Virus record (IMG/VR): IMGVR_UViG_3300024181_000005
Location: 706 to 64,705 of that record
Direction: 5' to 3' (one strand)
DNA: 64,000 nt
DNA from: a virus
Taxonomy: Duplodnaviria; Caudoviricetes
Positions 9,258-18,541 of the stretch are shown here, piece by piece (position 1 is the first letter of the stretch; every line of letters starts with the position of its first letter). A model generated the notes under the pieces. That model saw nothing but the letters and a program-made list of their open reading frames with translations, did not search any database and was not told where the DNA came from. The position numbers and the translations under genes were made by a program.

Positions 9258-10529
9258 TTAGGCGTAGACGGCCGGAACGGTGTACGAGCCGGACGCGGTG
9301 ATCTGCATCACGTACGTCGCGCCCCGGTGCCGGACCCCGGTGCCGAAGCCACGCTGCCAGTACGAGTCCTGGAGCGGGTAGTCGTCCTGACGGCTCTTGA
9401 CGAGCCGGAGGCCCCGCAGCTCCGGGCGCGCGTGCTCCCGGATGCCGATCGGGTTCTGGATGTTCTCGGCGCCGCCGGTGACCGAGGTGACGACGTATCC
9501 CGCCGGGAAGTAGTCGTTTTCCAGGATCAGTGCGTCGCCGTACTTGCCGAGCACCTTGAAGCCCCGGTAGGTGTCAGCGGGCTGCGCACCACCGCCGGAG
9601 GTGTTCACGATGAACGTCGCCGGAAGCAGGAAGTTCGGCGTGCCCTGCGCGGGGATGAAGTCCCAGCGCGCCGTTCCGCCGTTCTGCACGCTCTTGAACG
9701 TGCGGATGGTGGTCGACTCCTGCTTGTTCACCAGATGGATCATCGTGTATCCATTGGTGACACCGTACCCGTGCGAGTTCAGGTCATCCTGGGCCTCGTC
9801 GAGGTCACCACTGGTGATGGTGGCCGCGCCGCTGGTCACGAAGTGCTGATGCGTACCCAGGAACGTGTTCGTGGAGTACGGCGGGGGCACCGTGCCGTCG
9901 TTGTTGTAGAAGGTATAGACGTTGTAGTTGGTGTCGCTGATCTCGGCGATACGGTTGGTGTTGCGGTACAGCGTCCGCATGACCTCCGTGAAGACGAGCC
10001 GGTTGTCCGCCTCGATCACGGTGTCGAACACCGAGCGCACCTGCGCAGCGTCGGCCTCCGCGAGGAACTTCCACGTGTACCGCGCGCCGGTGTCATACCA
10101 GTCGAACGCGAAGCCGAGGTTGAAGTAGCTCACGGCCGTCCGGACGGCGACCGGGACACCGAACTCCGAAGCCTTCTCGAAGTTGGCCGAGCTACCCGCC
10201 TGCGGCACCCGCTCGACGGGGCGCGGCACAGTGTAGGTCAGCAGGTCCACCAGCGGCTGGCGCGCAGCGTTCAGACGAGCGAGCACCGCCGTGAATTCCT
10301 GCCACAGCAGGTTCGTGTCGATGGCATCGATGGTCTGGGTGATGACGTCGCCCTCGGTGTGGAAACCCGTGGGGTTCGTCGCACCGAAGGGGGTGGCGTC
10401 TAGGCCGAGTTCCCGGCGGAAGCCGGGGTCCATCAGCAGGTTGATCGCACCGCGCACCTTGCGAGCCGGGTCGACCATGGAGCCCGGGAGGAAGAGCCGC
10501 TCCCGCGTCGGCAGGTTCAGGATCGTCAT
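9258..10529 (-). CDS. Major capsid protein
   Basis: 423 aa after re-calling the start to ATG 10529; follows scaffold and decoration genes. Confidence 0.85.
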   Translation of the reverse strand: MTILNLPTRERLFLPGSMVDPARKVRGAINLLMDPGFRRELGLDATPFGATNPTGFHTEGDVITQTIDAIDTNLLWQEFTAVLARLNAARQPLVDLLTYTVPRPVERVPQAGSSANFEKASEFGVPVAVRTAVSYFNLGFAFDWYDTGARYTWKFLAEADAAQVRSVFDTVIEADNRLVFTEVMRTLYRNTNRIAEISDTNYNVYTFYNNDGTVPPPYSTNTFLGTHQHFVTSGAATITSGDLDEAQDDLNSHGYGVTNGYTMIHLVNKQESTTIRTFKSVQNGGTARWDFIPAQGTPNFLLPATFIVNTSGGGAQPADTYRGFKVLGKYGDALILENDYFPAGYVVTSVTGGAENIQNPIGIREHARPELRGLRLVKSRQDDYPLQDSYWQRGFGTGVRHRGATYVMQITASGSYTVPAVYA

Positions 10530-10530
10530 G

Positions 10531-10920
10531 TTACGCCGTCCCGATAACGTCGCCGGTGACGTTGCAGCGGACGACCATGCGAGTTGCCTCGACCGTCCAC
10601 CCAACCTTCGCCGTGGTGTTCGGAGTGCTGAGCACCCCGTCACCGGAGGTGGGCATGTAGTACTGCGTGCCTGCCGCGAGGCCGGTGAGCTCGGTGACCT
10701 CGCCGTCCTGCATGACGTCGACCACGTCGCCCGCGTAGCGCTTCGTGGTCAGCAGCACGACACCCACGAAGCCGCTCTGGCCCGCCGTGCCCTTGACGAC
10801 CTTGCCACTGGAGTTCAGCGACACACCAACGATCTTGTTGATGTCGGCGTCGAGCCAGTCGGCATTCAGGATCGCGCGGAAACCGCCGGTCAGCGGCTCA
10901 TACTTGTCAATGCGAGCCAT
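10531..10920 (-). CDS. Capsid decoration/cement-like protein
   Basis: 129 aa, Gly/Val/Thr-rich, between scaffold and major capsid genes. Confidence 0.65.
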   Translation of the reverse strand: MARIDKYEPLTGGFRAILNADWLDADINKIVGVSLNSSGKVVKGTAGQSGFVGVVLLTTKRYAGDVVDVMQDGEVTELTGLAAGTQYYMPTSGDGVLSTPNTTAKVGWTVEATRMVVRCNVTGDVIGTA

Positions 10921-10928
10921 CTGCCCTC

Positions 10929-11645
10929 CTATCGATTGAGGATGTGTGAGTACCGGCTCAGGTCCGGACCCTTGTCTGTCTTCTTGCCCTTGCCGCCGAC
11001 GTTGCTACCCGTCGGCACGGCGGTGGTACCCGTACCGGAGGAGTCCGCCTTGTCCGTCTTGACGAGATGCGGGCTGGCCTTCGCCAACTCCTTGAGCTTG
11101 GCCTCGAGCTTCTTGCTGTCGACCGCGCCGTCTTCGCTGACCACCTCGGTGAGGTAGCCCTTACGCTCGGCGAGCGCGAGGGCGTCGCCGGGGTCGTGCC
11201 ACGTGATATCCGTGTTGGCCGTGAGGAAAGCGTTGTGGAGACGCAGGTCGGCAATCTCCTTGGCGGAGGCCGCTTGCGCCTGCTCGAGCTCCGTGACGCG
11301 CTCTGTCGCCTTCGTCAGCTCGTCTTTCTTGCCGTCCTCGATGTCCTTGAGCTTCTTCTGAATGGCCGAGTTGTTCTTGTCGCTGGCCTTCAGTCGTGCC
11401 AGAAGCTTGTCGTAGTCGGCCTGGCTCACCGTGGCCGAGCCGTTGTCCCCCGTCGCGTCCCCGGTGTCGTCTCCGTCTCCGTCGTCATCGGCACTGCCGG
11501 TGTCGTCGTCTCCGTCGTCGTCACCTTCGGCACCGAACACCGGGAAGACGCCCTTGCCCCGCCACGTAAACAGCGGTGCGAGAAGCGCTCCGAGGTTCGG
11601 CTGCTCGTCGGGAGAGCCCTGCTGGTCAATCATGGTCTTCGTCAT
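10929..11645 (-). CDS. Scaffolding protein
   Basis: Acidic N-terminus, coiled coil, upstream of capsid genes. Confidence 0.8.
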   Translation of the reverse strand: MTKTMIDQQGSPDEQPNLGALLAPLFTWRGKGVFPVFGAEGDDDGDDDTGSADDDGDGDDTGDATGDNGSATVSQADYDKLLARLKASDKNNSAIQKKLKDIEDGKKDELTKATERVTELEQAQAASAKEIADLRLHNAFLTANTDITWHDPGDALALAERKGYLTEVVSEDGAVDSKKLEAKLKELAKASPHLVKTDKADSSGTGTTAVPTGSNVGGKGKKTDKGPDLSRYSHILNR

Positions 11646-11785
11646 TGCGGTCTGTTCTCCTTCGGAATGTGGGCCACTCTGTGCCCGGATAGCTGGCCGC
11701 TCTGTGCCGTCGCTGGACGCAGCATACCTGAGCGCGCCGGTGAGTGGCTAAACCTTCCAGGGTAGGCGCATAACTAGGGGCTGCG

Positions 11786-14092
11786 CTAGTCAGACAATAC
11801 GGCCGTTACGACGTCGTCCGCATAACCTCCGGAGAACACCACATCGGGGGCCAGCACGACGACGACCGTGTCGTAGCCGCCCCACGTCGTGTCTGCGGGG
11901 AGCGGGGGTGGTGGAGCGTCACTCGAGAGCACGCGCCATCGAAGGTCTACCGGCCGAGCGGCGAGCTGGCGCACGCGCCAGAGCAGTGCGCTATCGGTAC
12001 TCAGCGCGCTTCTAACGGCCCAGACAGCGCTCAGGCTGCCCAGCACCACCCCTCGCACTGCCCAGACGCTGGTAAGGCTGCCAGCTACCTCGGCCCGAAC
12101 CGCCCAGCGCAGGTCTAGCGCGTCGGTCACGACCCCCGGCGCGGCATCCACCACCCAGCGCACGTCAAGTTCGTCAGTGACCAGCGCCCGAACCACCCAG
12201 CGAAGATCGGCATTGTCAGTGACCACGGCTCGAACGGCCCACCGCAGGTCGTTATCGTCCGAAACCAGGACCCGCACCTGCCAGCGGACATCGAGATCTT
12301 TGGTGGCCAGGTTGCGCACCTGCCAGCGTAGATCGATGTCATCCGACAACGAGCTGCGCACAGCCCATCGCAAATCATTGTCATCGGTGATGATCGACCT
12401 GACCGCCCACCGAAGATCGTTGTCATCGGTCACGATGGATCGGACGGCCCAGCGCAGGTCACAGGTATCGGTCAGTGACGAACGAATGGCCCAACGCAGG
12501 TCGGCATCATCGGTAATGATCGAGCGGACAGCCCATCTGAGGTCGTTGTCATCCGAGATGATGTTCCGCACTTGCCAGCGCAGGTCAGCGTCATCGGTCA
12601 CCAGATGACGAACCACCCAGCGGAGGTCTAGGTCGTCAGTCAGGCTCGACCGCACCGCCCACCGGAAGTCAGCATCATCGGTGATCACACTGCGCACCGC
12701 CCAGCGAAGATCACTGTCGTCCGTGATGATGTTCCGAACCTGCCAGCGTAGATCGCTATCGTCCGTGATGACATTGCGGACCTGCCAGCGTAGGTCCATG
12801 TCATCGGTAATGGTGGTCGTCGGCGCAACGTTGAAGTTGTCGACGTCGTAGAAGTTGTTCGTGCCATTGTTGCGGTTCGTCTCGAAGTTGACGTCCATAT
12901 CCTGCGTCGCCAGCAGCCACGCAGGCGTCGCTATGGTGCGCCGATTGGTCCAGGTACTTCCGTCGGCGCTGGTATCGAACAGAAGGTTGGCCCCACTGAT
13001 GCGCATCCGCACCCACTTGTGGTTCGTGCTGTCGTAAGTGATCGGCGTAGCGCTGGCATCGAAGAACGAGACCCGGCTCACGAAGTAGATCTGGTTGGCG
13101 AAGACGTCGATGTAGAAGCCCACATCAGTACCCGACGCCACCGACGGGCTCTGCACCAACGCCTGTGCGTAGCAACTCACGGTCGCGCTCGCGAGGGCGG
13201 GCGGCGTGAGCTTGCAGAAGAAGCTGTCGAACTTCCACACGCTGGCGCTCTGATAGGCGCTGAAGCCGGTACTGCACGCGATGTGCGCGACGGCACCGGT
13301 TTCCGCGACCGTGCCGTAGTTACCGGCCCACAGCGTCCCGTTGATGCTGTTGTCGTCGAAGTTATCGGTCAGGGTGCTCATCGCCGACCCTGCCGTCGCC
13401 TCCCGCAGGCGCAACGCGGCCACCGCACCGCAGCTCGAAGCCGCCCATGTCAATCCGAGCGTCGGCGCGTTCGTGTTGGCGCCGGTACTGATAAGCGCGT
13501 CCCACGTGAAGACGGTATTGTCGTTGCCGTCGCTGTTGCCGAAGCGACTGCGCGCAGTGACCGTGCCGAACGTAACGCTGGTCTGCGTGATGGTGGGGCT
13601 GGTGATGGCCCCCGTGTCATCGGTGTCCGTCGCATACCCACAGTGGATCATGTCACCGACCGCTGTCACGGTGGCCCACGCCCCGCAGGCTGCGCTCGCG
13701 TTCGTCCCGTGTGTCGCGTCGGAGCCGACCACGCTCACCGGCACCGCCCACGCGCCGACCGTGCCGGAGTAGACGTCCATCACCGCCGTCGTGACTCCGC
13801 CGGTACTGACGACCGACACGCTGCCCGTCTCTGTGCCGTCCAGCACCCGATACCACTTGGCGATGCGGCTGAGCCCGGTGTCGGCCGCGTTCGTGCCCGT
13901 ACCGCCCGTCGCATTCGTAATCGGTATCCAGCCTGTGGGGTCAGTAAACGTGCCCGTGCTCGGCTTACAGGCTGCGGTCAATACCGCCATACGTCCGGCG
14001 GCCACCCCGACGTACGCACAGCTATTGGTCGTGGTCCCCCGAGCGGCGGTCGTAGTGGTTACGCCCGTCGATGCAACTTGACTGATGGTCAC
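11786..14092 (-). CDS. Fibre-like structural protein: N-terminal beta domain, lectin-like domain, ~21 x 14-aa repeats
   Basis: 768 aa; middle domain paralogous to the N-terminus of gene 1..750. Confidence 0.7.
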   Translation of the reverse strand: MTISQVASTGVTTTTAARGTTTNSCAYVGVAAGRMAVLTAACKPSTGTFTDPTGWIPITNATGGTGTNAADTGLSRIAKWYRVLDGTETGSVSVVSTGGVTTAVMDVYSGTVGAWAVPVSVVGSDATHGTNASAACGAWATVTAVGDMIHCGYATDTDDTGAITSPTITQTSVTFGTVTARSRFGNSDGNDNTVFTWDALISTGANTNAPTLGLTWAASSCGAVAALRLREATAGSAMSTLTDNFDDNSINGTLWAGNYGTVAETGAVAHIACSTGFSAYQSASVWKFDSFFCKLTPPALASATVSCYAQALVQSPSVASGTDVGFYIDVFANQIYFVSRVSFFDASATPITYDSTNHKWVRMRISGANLLFDTSADGSTWTNRRTIATPAWLLATQDMDVNFETNRNNGTNNFYDVDNFNVAPTTTITDDMDLRWQVRNVITDDSDLRWQVRNIITDDSDLRWAVRSVITDDADFRWAVRSSLTDDLDLRWVVRHLVTDDADLRWQVRNIISDDNDLRWAVRSIITDDADLRWAIRSSLTDTCDLRWAVRSIVTDDNDLRWAVRSIITDDNDLRWAVRSSLSDDIDLRWQVRNLATKDLDVRWQVRVLVSDDNDLRWAVRAVVTDNADLRWVVRALVTDELDVRWVVDAAPGVVTDALDLRWAVRAEVAGSLTSVWAVRGVVLGSLSAVWAVRSALSTDSALLWRVRQLAARPVDLRWRVLSSDAPPPPLPADTTWGGYDTVVVVLAPDVVFSGGYADDVVTAVLSD
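11920..12805 (-). repeat. Coding tandem repeat, 42-bp / 14-aa unit DDxDLRW(A/Q/V)VRS(I/V)(I/V)T, ~21 copies
   Basis: Read directly from the translation; copies degenerate toward the C-terminus. Confidence 0.95.
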
Positions 14093-14120
14093 TGCGATCG
14101 CCTCTCTGCGGAAGGACGGG

Positions 14121-14648
14121 TCAGGGGAGGGTGTCGCCGGAGACGCGGAGCACGACCCCGTCGGGGTTGAGCGCGCTGGCCCCCGCCGTCACGATGCGCT
14201 TGACCCAGATCCCCTTGACCTGACCTGCGGCGATGTCCCCGATGCTCAGCGGGCCCGCCCCGAAGGTGCCAACGCCGGACGGGGTCGACGTCTCGCTGGC
14301 GATGTTGGCTGCCTGCGCGGAGCCGCTGCCCTTCGCCGTCGGCGCGATGTTGTCGAGGGCGATCGTGATGTCCCCGCCGCCGGAGGTCTGGCTCTGGATG
14401 GTAATGCTGGCCCCGATCAGCGTGAGGCTGGCGTGGTTGTTGTGCACGAAGAAACAGCGGTACTCGGTGGTTCCGGCCGCCGCCTCCGCGCCACTGACCG
14501 TGTCGAACAGGTTGTCCACAGTGGCGTCGGTGATCTGGGTCGTACTGACCTGGTCTCCGAGGCTGGTGGCTGCGGTCCCGGCGGTGGTGTCGCCCGCCGC
14601 CGCACTGACGCTGAACTTGAACAGAATATCGCTGGCGGTGATAGCCAT
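14121..14648 (-). CDS. Putative virion structural protein (Ig/beta-rich)
   Basis: Start at ATG 14648 overlapping TAA; NLFD.VSGAEA..G..EYRCFFVHN motif. Confidence 0.65.
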   Translation of the reverse strand: MAITASDILFKFSVSAAAGDTTAGTAATSLGDQVSTTQITDATVDNLFDTVSGAEAAAGTTEYRCFFVHNNHASLTLIGASITIQSQTSGGGDITIALDNIAPTAKGSGSAQAANIASETSTPSGVGTFGAGPLSIGDIAAGQVKGIWVKRIVTAGASALNPDGVVLRVSGDTLP

Positions 14649-14992
14649 TAGGGCTCCCTTGTCACTGAACCGCTGATACGGACATTGCCTTCGACGATGC
14701 GCCAATCGTCGTTCGCCGTTCCCATGAGGAGAACGTCGTATACCCCCGCGTCGAAGTCGTACGTGCCGGTATCGACACTGGGAATGGTGACGACAACCTG
14801 CCGGTTATCCGCGTCGACCACGATGTCCCCCGGGTCCACCGTCGCCAGTGCGTCCGGCGCGTCCTTGTACTTGCGGATCTGCATCGCCCCGACGTAGTCA
14901 GTCAGGTCTGCGGGACCACCGACCACGTTGACCACCAGCCGGTACGTTCCGCCCTGCGGGATCGTGATGTCCAGCCTAGCTACCGCTGTCAT
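14648..14992 (-). CDS. BppU-N-like fibre adaptor protein
   Basis: ITIPQGGTY...DLTDY.GAMQIR...GVYDVLL...IVEGNVRI pattern. Confidence 0.6.
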   Translation of the reverse strand: MTAVARLDITIPQGGTYRLVVNVVGGPADLTDYVGAMQIRKYKDAPDALATVDPGDIVVDADNRQVVVTIPSVDTGTYDFDAGVYDVLLMGTANDDWRIVEGNVRISGSVTREP

Positions 14993-15110
14993 CGGCCTGC
15001 TCCTTCACCGGCTCGTATCTCCACTTCGGAATGGGCCTACGCGTGCGCGGCTCCCGCAGGATGGGCGGGGTGTAGTTGCCAGCCTGCCTTTCCGCCATCT
15101 TCTTACCCAC
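14976..15110 (-). CDS. Small basic hypothetical protein
   Basis: GTG 15110 with GGAGG RBS; fills the gap and overlaps both neighbours. Confidence 0.4.
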   Translation of the reverse strand: MGKKMAERQAGNYTPPILREPRTRRPIPKWRYEPVKEQADDSGS

Positions 15111-16632
15111 GAATAACCTCCACATCGATGTGCCGCACCCCGTCGGGCGACACCCCATTATCGCGCACCACTCTGAGGCGCAGCCCGCGACGCAGTAGCA
15201 CCTCCGCCTCGGCGTTGAACGGCGAGCCTTCAATGGCCCCGGTACCCTTCGGGACCAGGATGCGCATCAGCACGCTCCCGTTACCACCCTGACCCAGGAA
15301 TGTGCGCGTACGCCGCTCGAGGGCGGTCGTAGACACGTACGCCTCCTCGCGCCACTCCATCCCTGCCAGGTCCCCGAGCATCCGGTCGCCGAACATGGTG
15401 TGCGCATTGACGACCCCGCGATAGACCAGCACCTCCCGCGTCAGCTTCGAATGCCCGAACGCCGGGTCCATGTTTTCGATATGCCGCTCGATCATGTCTC
15501 GATCGTGCTCCTGGGTGGGCTGGCCCCGCAGAAACCTGTTGATCTCACTGAACCACCGACCGGTGTACGCGTTGACCGCGCGGGCCATCTCCCGCGTGAA
15601 CACGACCGGGCGCGGCCGACGCTCCAACCCCAGCGGCGCGGCATCGAGGGCCCCCTGTTCCTTCGCGGCCTTGGCCGTCCGGCGGTCGAAAGCCTTGGCT
15701 GTGTTGACATCCTGGGCAGGCTGCGGCTTCGCCTCGCCGACCTGCTTCGGCGTCAGGCCCAGCTCTTCATCGAGATAGTCGTCGTAATCGCCATTGACCA
15801 TCTTCTCAATGAACGCCTCCTCGCTCTCCTCTAGGGGCGTCTGGTAGCACAGGCAGTTCGGATGACTGTTCGGGCGCGATCCCAGCGGATACCCGCCGGG
15901 CCCCAGCCCGTAGAGGTCTTGTGAGGCGTTCACATTGCACACATCGGTCTTGGGGTGGCTGCGACTCAGGTTCCACGTCATGCCCCGGGTCCACGGCTCT
16001 CCTTCGTATCGCTTCTCCTGCGCGGTCTGGTAGGCCGCGTTAATCTCCGTACGGGCCAGCCGATGCGCGGCATAGCTGACCCCGCCCGCGACCCGGGGGT
16101 TGATGAGCTTCTCCACGCTCTTCGCGATGGCCTTGGCGTTGTTGCCCAGCAGCAGCCCACGATTCACCATGCGGTCAACCTGTCCCGTTGCCAGCGCCTG
16201 CGAGCGGTAGACCGCGCGACTAAGCGGCACACCGTTCGCCGAACGGGCCAGCACTGCTGCGATCCCGGCCTTGGCCTGTTGCAGGTACCCCGCCTCGATG
16301 TCCGTGGTATCTACTCCCCGCGAGCGCAGGGAGGCCGTCAGAACCGACAGGGCGTTGTCGTACGCCTTGGTGGCCGCCGCCTCTACCCCCGTACGCACGA
16401 CGCGCCCCAGCTCGCCCCACAGAGCCGATTGCAAGGCCTTAACCTCGCGCCGCACGAGCAGAAGCTGGGCTGCCTTCGTCTTGCCGGAGCTCTTCTCGAG
16501 CAACTTCGGGAGCAGGCGCTCGATCTCGTCTGCCCCGTCCTTGAGAATGTCATCGAGCTCAGATGCGGCGAGCCCGTAGACGGCGAGCACGTCGAGGAGC
16601 GGCTGATTGGGCTTCGGCTGGCGTTGCGCCAT
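15103..16632 (-). CDS. MuF-like minor head protein fused to VIP2-like ADP-ribosyltransferase
   Basis: MuF motifs RLARTEIN...HPNCLC; C-terminal YTG..INRFLRG, YRGV, STT and EAE (R-S-E triad). Confidence 0.85.
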   Translation of the reverse strand: MAQRQPKPNQPLLDVLAVYGLAASELDDILKDGADEIERLLPKLLEKSSGKTKAAQLLLVRREVKALQSALWGELGRVVRTGVEAAATKAYDNALSVLTASLRSRGVDTTDIEAGYLQQAKAGIAAVLARSANGVPLSRAVYRSQALATGQVDRMVNRGLLLGNNAKAIAKSVEKLINPRVAGGVSYAAHRLARTEINAAYQTAQEKRYEGEPWTRGMTWNLSRSHPKTDVCNVNASQDLYGLGPGGYPLGSRPNSHPNCLCYQTPLEESEEAFIEKMVNGDYDDYLDEELGLTPKQVGEAKPQPAQDVNTAKAFDRRTAKAAKEQGALDAAPLGLERRPRPVVFTREMARAVNAYTGRWFSEINRFLRGQPTQEHDRDMIERHIENMDPAFGHSKLTREVLVYRGVVNAHTMFGDRMLGDLAGMEWREEAYVSTTALERRTRTFLGQGGNGSVLMRILVPKGTGAIEGSPFNAEAEVLLRRGLRLRVVRDNGVSPDGVRHIDVEVIRG

Positions 16633-16729
16633 GGTTCACCCCCTTACAGACGAACGCAGCGATGCGCCAGTCCCACTCGTGCGCAGGGTGGGGCGCAGGA
16701 TTGCGGCACCGACCGTCATTCAGCTTCAT
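16559..16729 (-). CDS. Small Cys/His protein (CRNPAPHPAHEW...CKG)
   Basis: ATG 16729 overlaps the end of the upstream gene; motif-like content. Confidence 0.4.
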   Translation of the reverse strand: MKLNDGRCRNPAPHPAHEWDWRIAAFVCKGVNHGATPAEAQSAAPRRARRLRARRI

Positions 16730-16991
16730 CGTATGTCCGCATCCAGTTGCGAGCCCACTCCACCAGCCCCATCGCCCGGTGCAGGGGCACGTCGTTGCCA
16801 TCGAAGATGATGTTGACCATCGTCGTGCCTTCCTGCTCGGCCTTGTCGTACCCGGTATGACTGGTGACCACAATGAACTCGGTCGGGAAGTACTCTCCCA
16901 TCACGTTGTTCTTGTCGTTGGCCCGGAGCACGCCCTCGATGGCCGAGCGCAGCACCACGAACGCGGCCTCCTGCTCCGGGGTGTTAGGCAC
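16716..16991 (-). CDS. Hypothetical protein
   Basis: GTG 16991 overlaps the portal stop; 91 aa globular-looking. Confidence 0.6.
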   Translation of the reverse strand: MPNTPEQEAAFVVLRSAIEGVLRANDKNNVMGEYFPTEFIVVTSHTGYDKAEQEGTTMVNIIFDGNDVPLHRAMGLVEWARNWMRTYDEAE

Positions 16992-18513
16992 CGGTCGTAC
17001 CCGTCTCGGTGGCCGCCCGATCGCCGAGGGTGGTGTCGCCTGCCTCGGCCGCCGCAACGGCCATCTTCTCGGCCAGGATCAGGTCTCCCTCAGACCCGTC
17101 GAACATGCCGCTGAAGCCCCTCTTGATGAGGTAGTTGCGTGCGCTGGCCGCACTCAGGATGCCACCCAACACCAACCCCTCAACGAGCGCAGCCTCGGCC
17201 GCCCGGTTCACCGGGAGCTTCTCCCCGAGCAGCGGGAGCATCGTGACATCGGTGACGTTCAGCCCCTCGAAGGTCGGGAACCACATCTGGACCAGGTCGT
17301 AGAAGAGCTGGCGATGCACGTCGAGGATGACCTTGTCCTCTATCTCCGCCAGCGCCAGCGTCGGGCCGAGCCGGAGCTGCAAGGCCACGCCGCTTTCGGC
17401 CTCCTGCACCTCGAGACGTCCGCGCGCCGCGTCTGTGGCCCCCGTCGCATCAGCCATGTAGCCCTCCAGACGCGCGAAGTGTTCGCTGTAGGGCTGGACC
17501 GAAGTGATGCCCTCAACCCGACGCAGGCCCTTGGAGTTCTGGAGCACGACACCAGGGTAGAGCAGCCAATCGGTCGCCTGTCCGTCGGGCGTGGTCGGGT
17601 TCCCGGCGGCATCCGTGGCGTACACGCCGAGGCCCATCAGGGCCAACGCTAGATCCTCGTCGGTGTGCCCCTGGTTCATGGCCGACTGGAGGGTCTCGAG
17701 GCCCCGCATGACCGAGCTCCCGAACGGCTCACCGATCGGCTGGTTATGCGGAATGTGATACACCGGAAAGGCCGTGATCTGCGGAGGGAGGGGGGTGGGA
17801 GGGATGAGGGTCTGCTGTGGCGCCTTCTTGTCGTCGTCGAAGCGCCAGAGGTGCCACTCCTCCGGCTTCCACATCGTCAGCGAGCTGTAGATGGTCCCGG
17901 CTTCGTCAACGGTCCGGTCGTAGAGCTGCACGCGCACGAAGGTCTCGTCGCCGACCTGCACGAGCTCCGCGAGGCGTACCTGCGCGATCTTGTCCGGGTC
18001 GCCGCCGTCGATGACCTCGTCCTCGAAAGCCGGGAAGTAGTTCTCCGGCTTGAACGGCACCAGGCTGATCTTCGTCCCCTCGGGCTTGAGCGGGTTGGCC
18101 ATCAGGTGCCAGCCCCAGTCCGCTTTGATGAGACCGTCCCGCTTCGCCGCCGCGTACCGACTGTCGAACCGCTCGCGGGCGAACAGGCTCGCGAACGCCT
18201 GTGTGGCGAGGAGCTGCTGCTCGGGCGTCCCGGTTTCGGGGTCGGGCTCCGCGCGCAGCCCCGGACCGATGTACCGGTTGAGCGTGTTCACAATGATGCG
18301 ACTCGACGGCACGTACAGCGGCTCGTCTGCCTGGTCCAGCCCACGGTTCATCACCTTGTACGTGGTGGCGACGTGGCTCCAGTAGATCTGTTCGTAGACG
18401 GCATAGCTGCCGATACGCGCCTGGTGGGCGGCCGGAACCCAGCTCGGCATCTCCGACCAGCGCTGCACGTTGCTGTACGGCCCGAAAGCGGGGTACTTGA
18501 TGGGGTCTGTCAT
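16984..18513 (-). CDS. Portal protein
   Basis: 509 aa directly after terL; ESGVALQLRLGP motif. Confidence 0.85.
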   Translation of the reverse strand: MTDPIKYPAFGPYSNVQRWSEMPSWVPAAHQARIGSYAVYEQIYWSHVATTYKVMNRGLDQADEPLYVPSSRIIVNTLNRYIGPGLRAEPDPETGTPEQQLLATQAFASLFARERFDSRYAAAKRDGLIKADWGWHLMANPLKPEGTKISLVPFKPENYFPAFEDEVIDGGDPDKIAQVRLAELVQVGDETFVRVQLYDRTVDEAGTIYSSLTMWKPEEWHLWRFDDDKKAPQQTLIPPTPLPPQITAFPVYHIPHNQPIGEPFGSSVMRGLETLQSAMNQGHTDEDLALALMGLGVYATDAAGNPTTPDGQATDWLLYPGVVLQNSKGLRRVEGITSVQPYSEHFARLEGYMADATGATDAARGRLEVQEAESGVALQLRLGPTLALAEIEDKVILDVHRQLFYDLVQMWFPTFEGLNVTDVTMLPLLGEKLPVNRAAEAALVEGLVLGGILSAASARNYLIKRGFSGMFDGSEGDLILAEKMAVAAAEAGDTTLGDRAATETGTTGA

Positions 18514-18541
18514 GGCTCTCCCTTGCTAGCTGGCCTGCATC

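Noticed and set aside
11920-12805. 42-bp periodic repeats resembling a CRISPR array or DGR template
   Set aside because: In-frame coding repeats with synonymous variation and no unique spacers; no cas genes or reverse transcriptase
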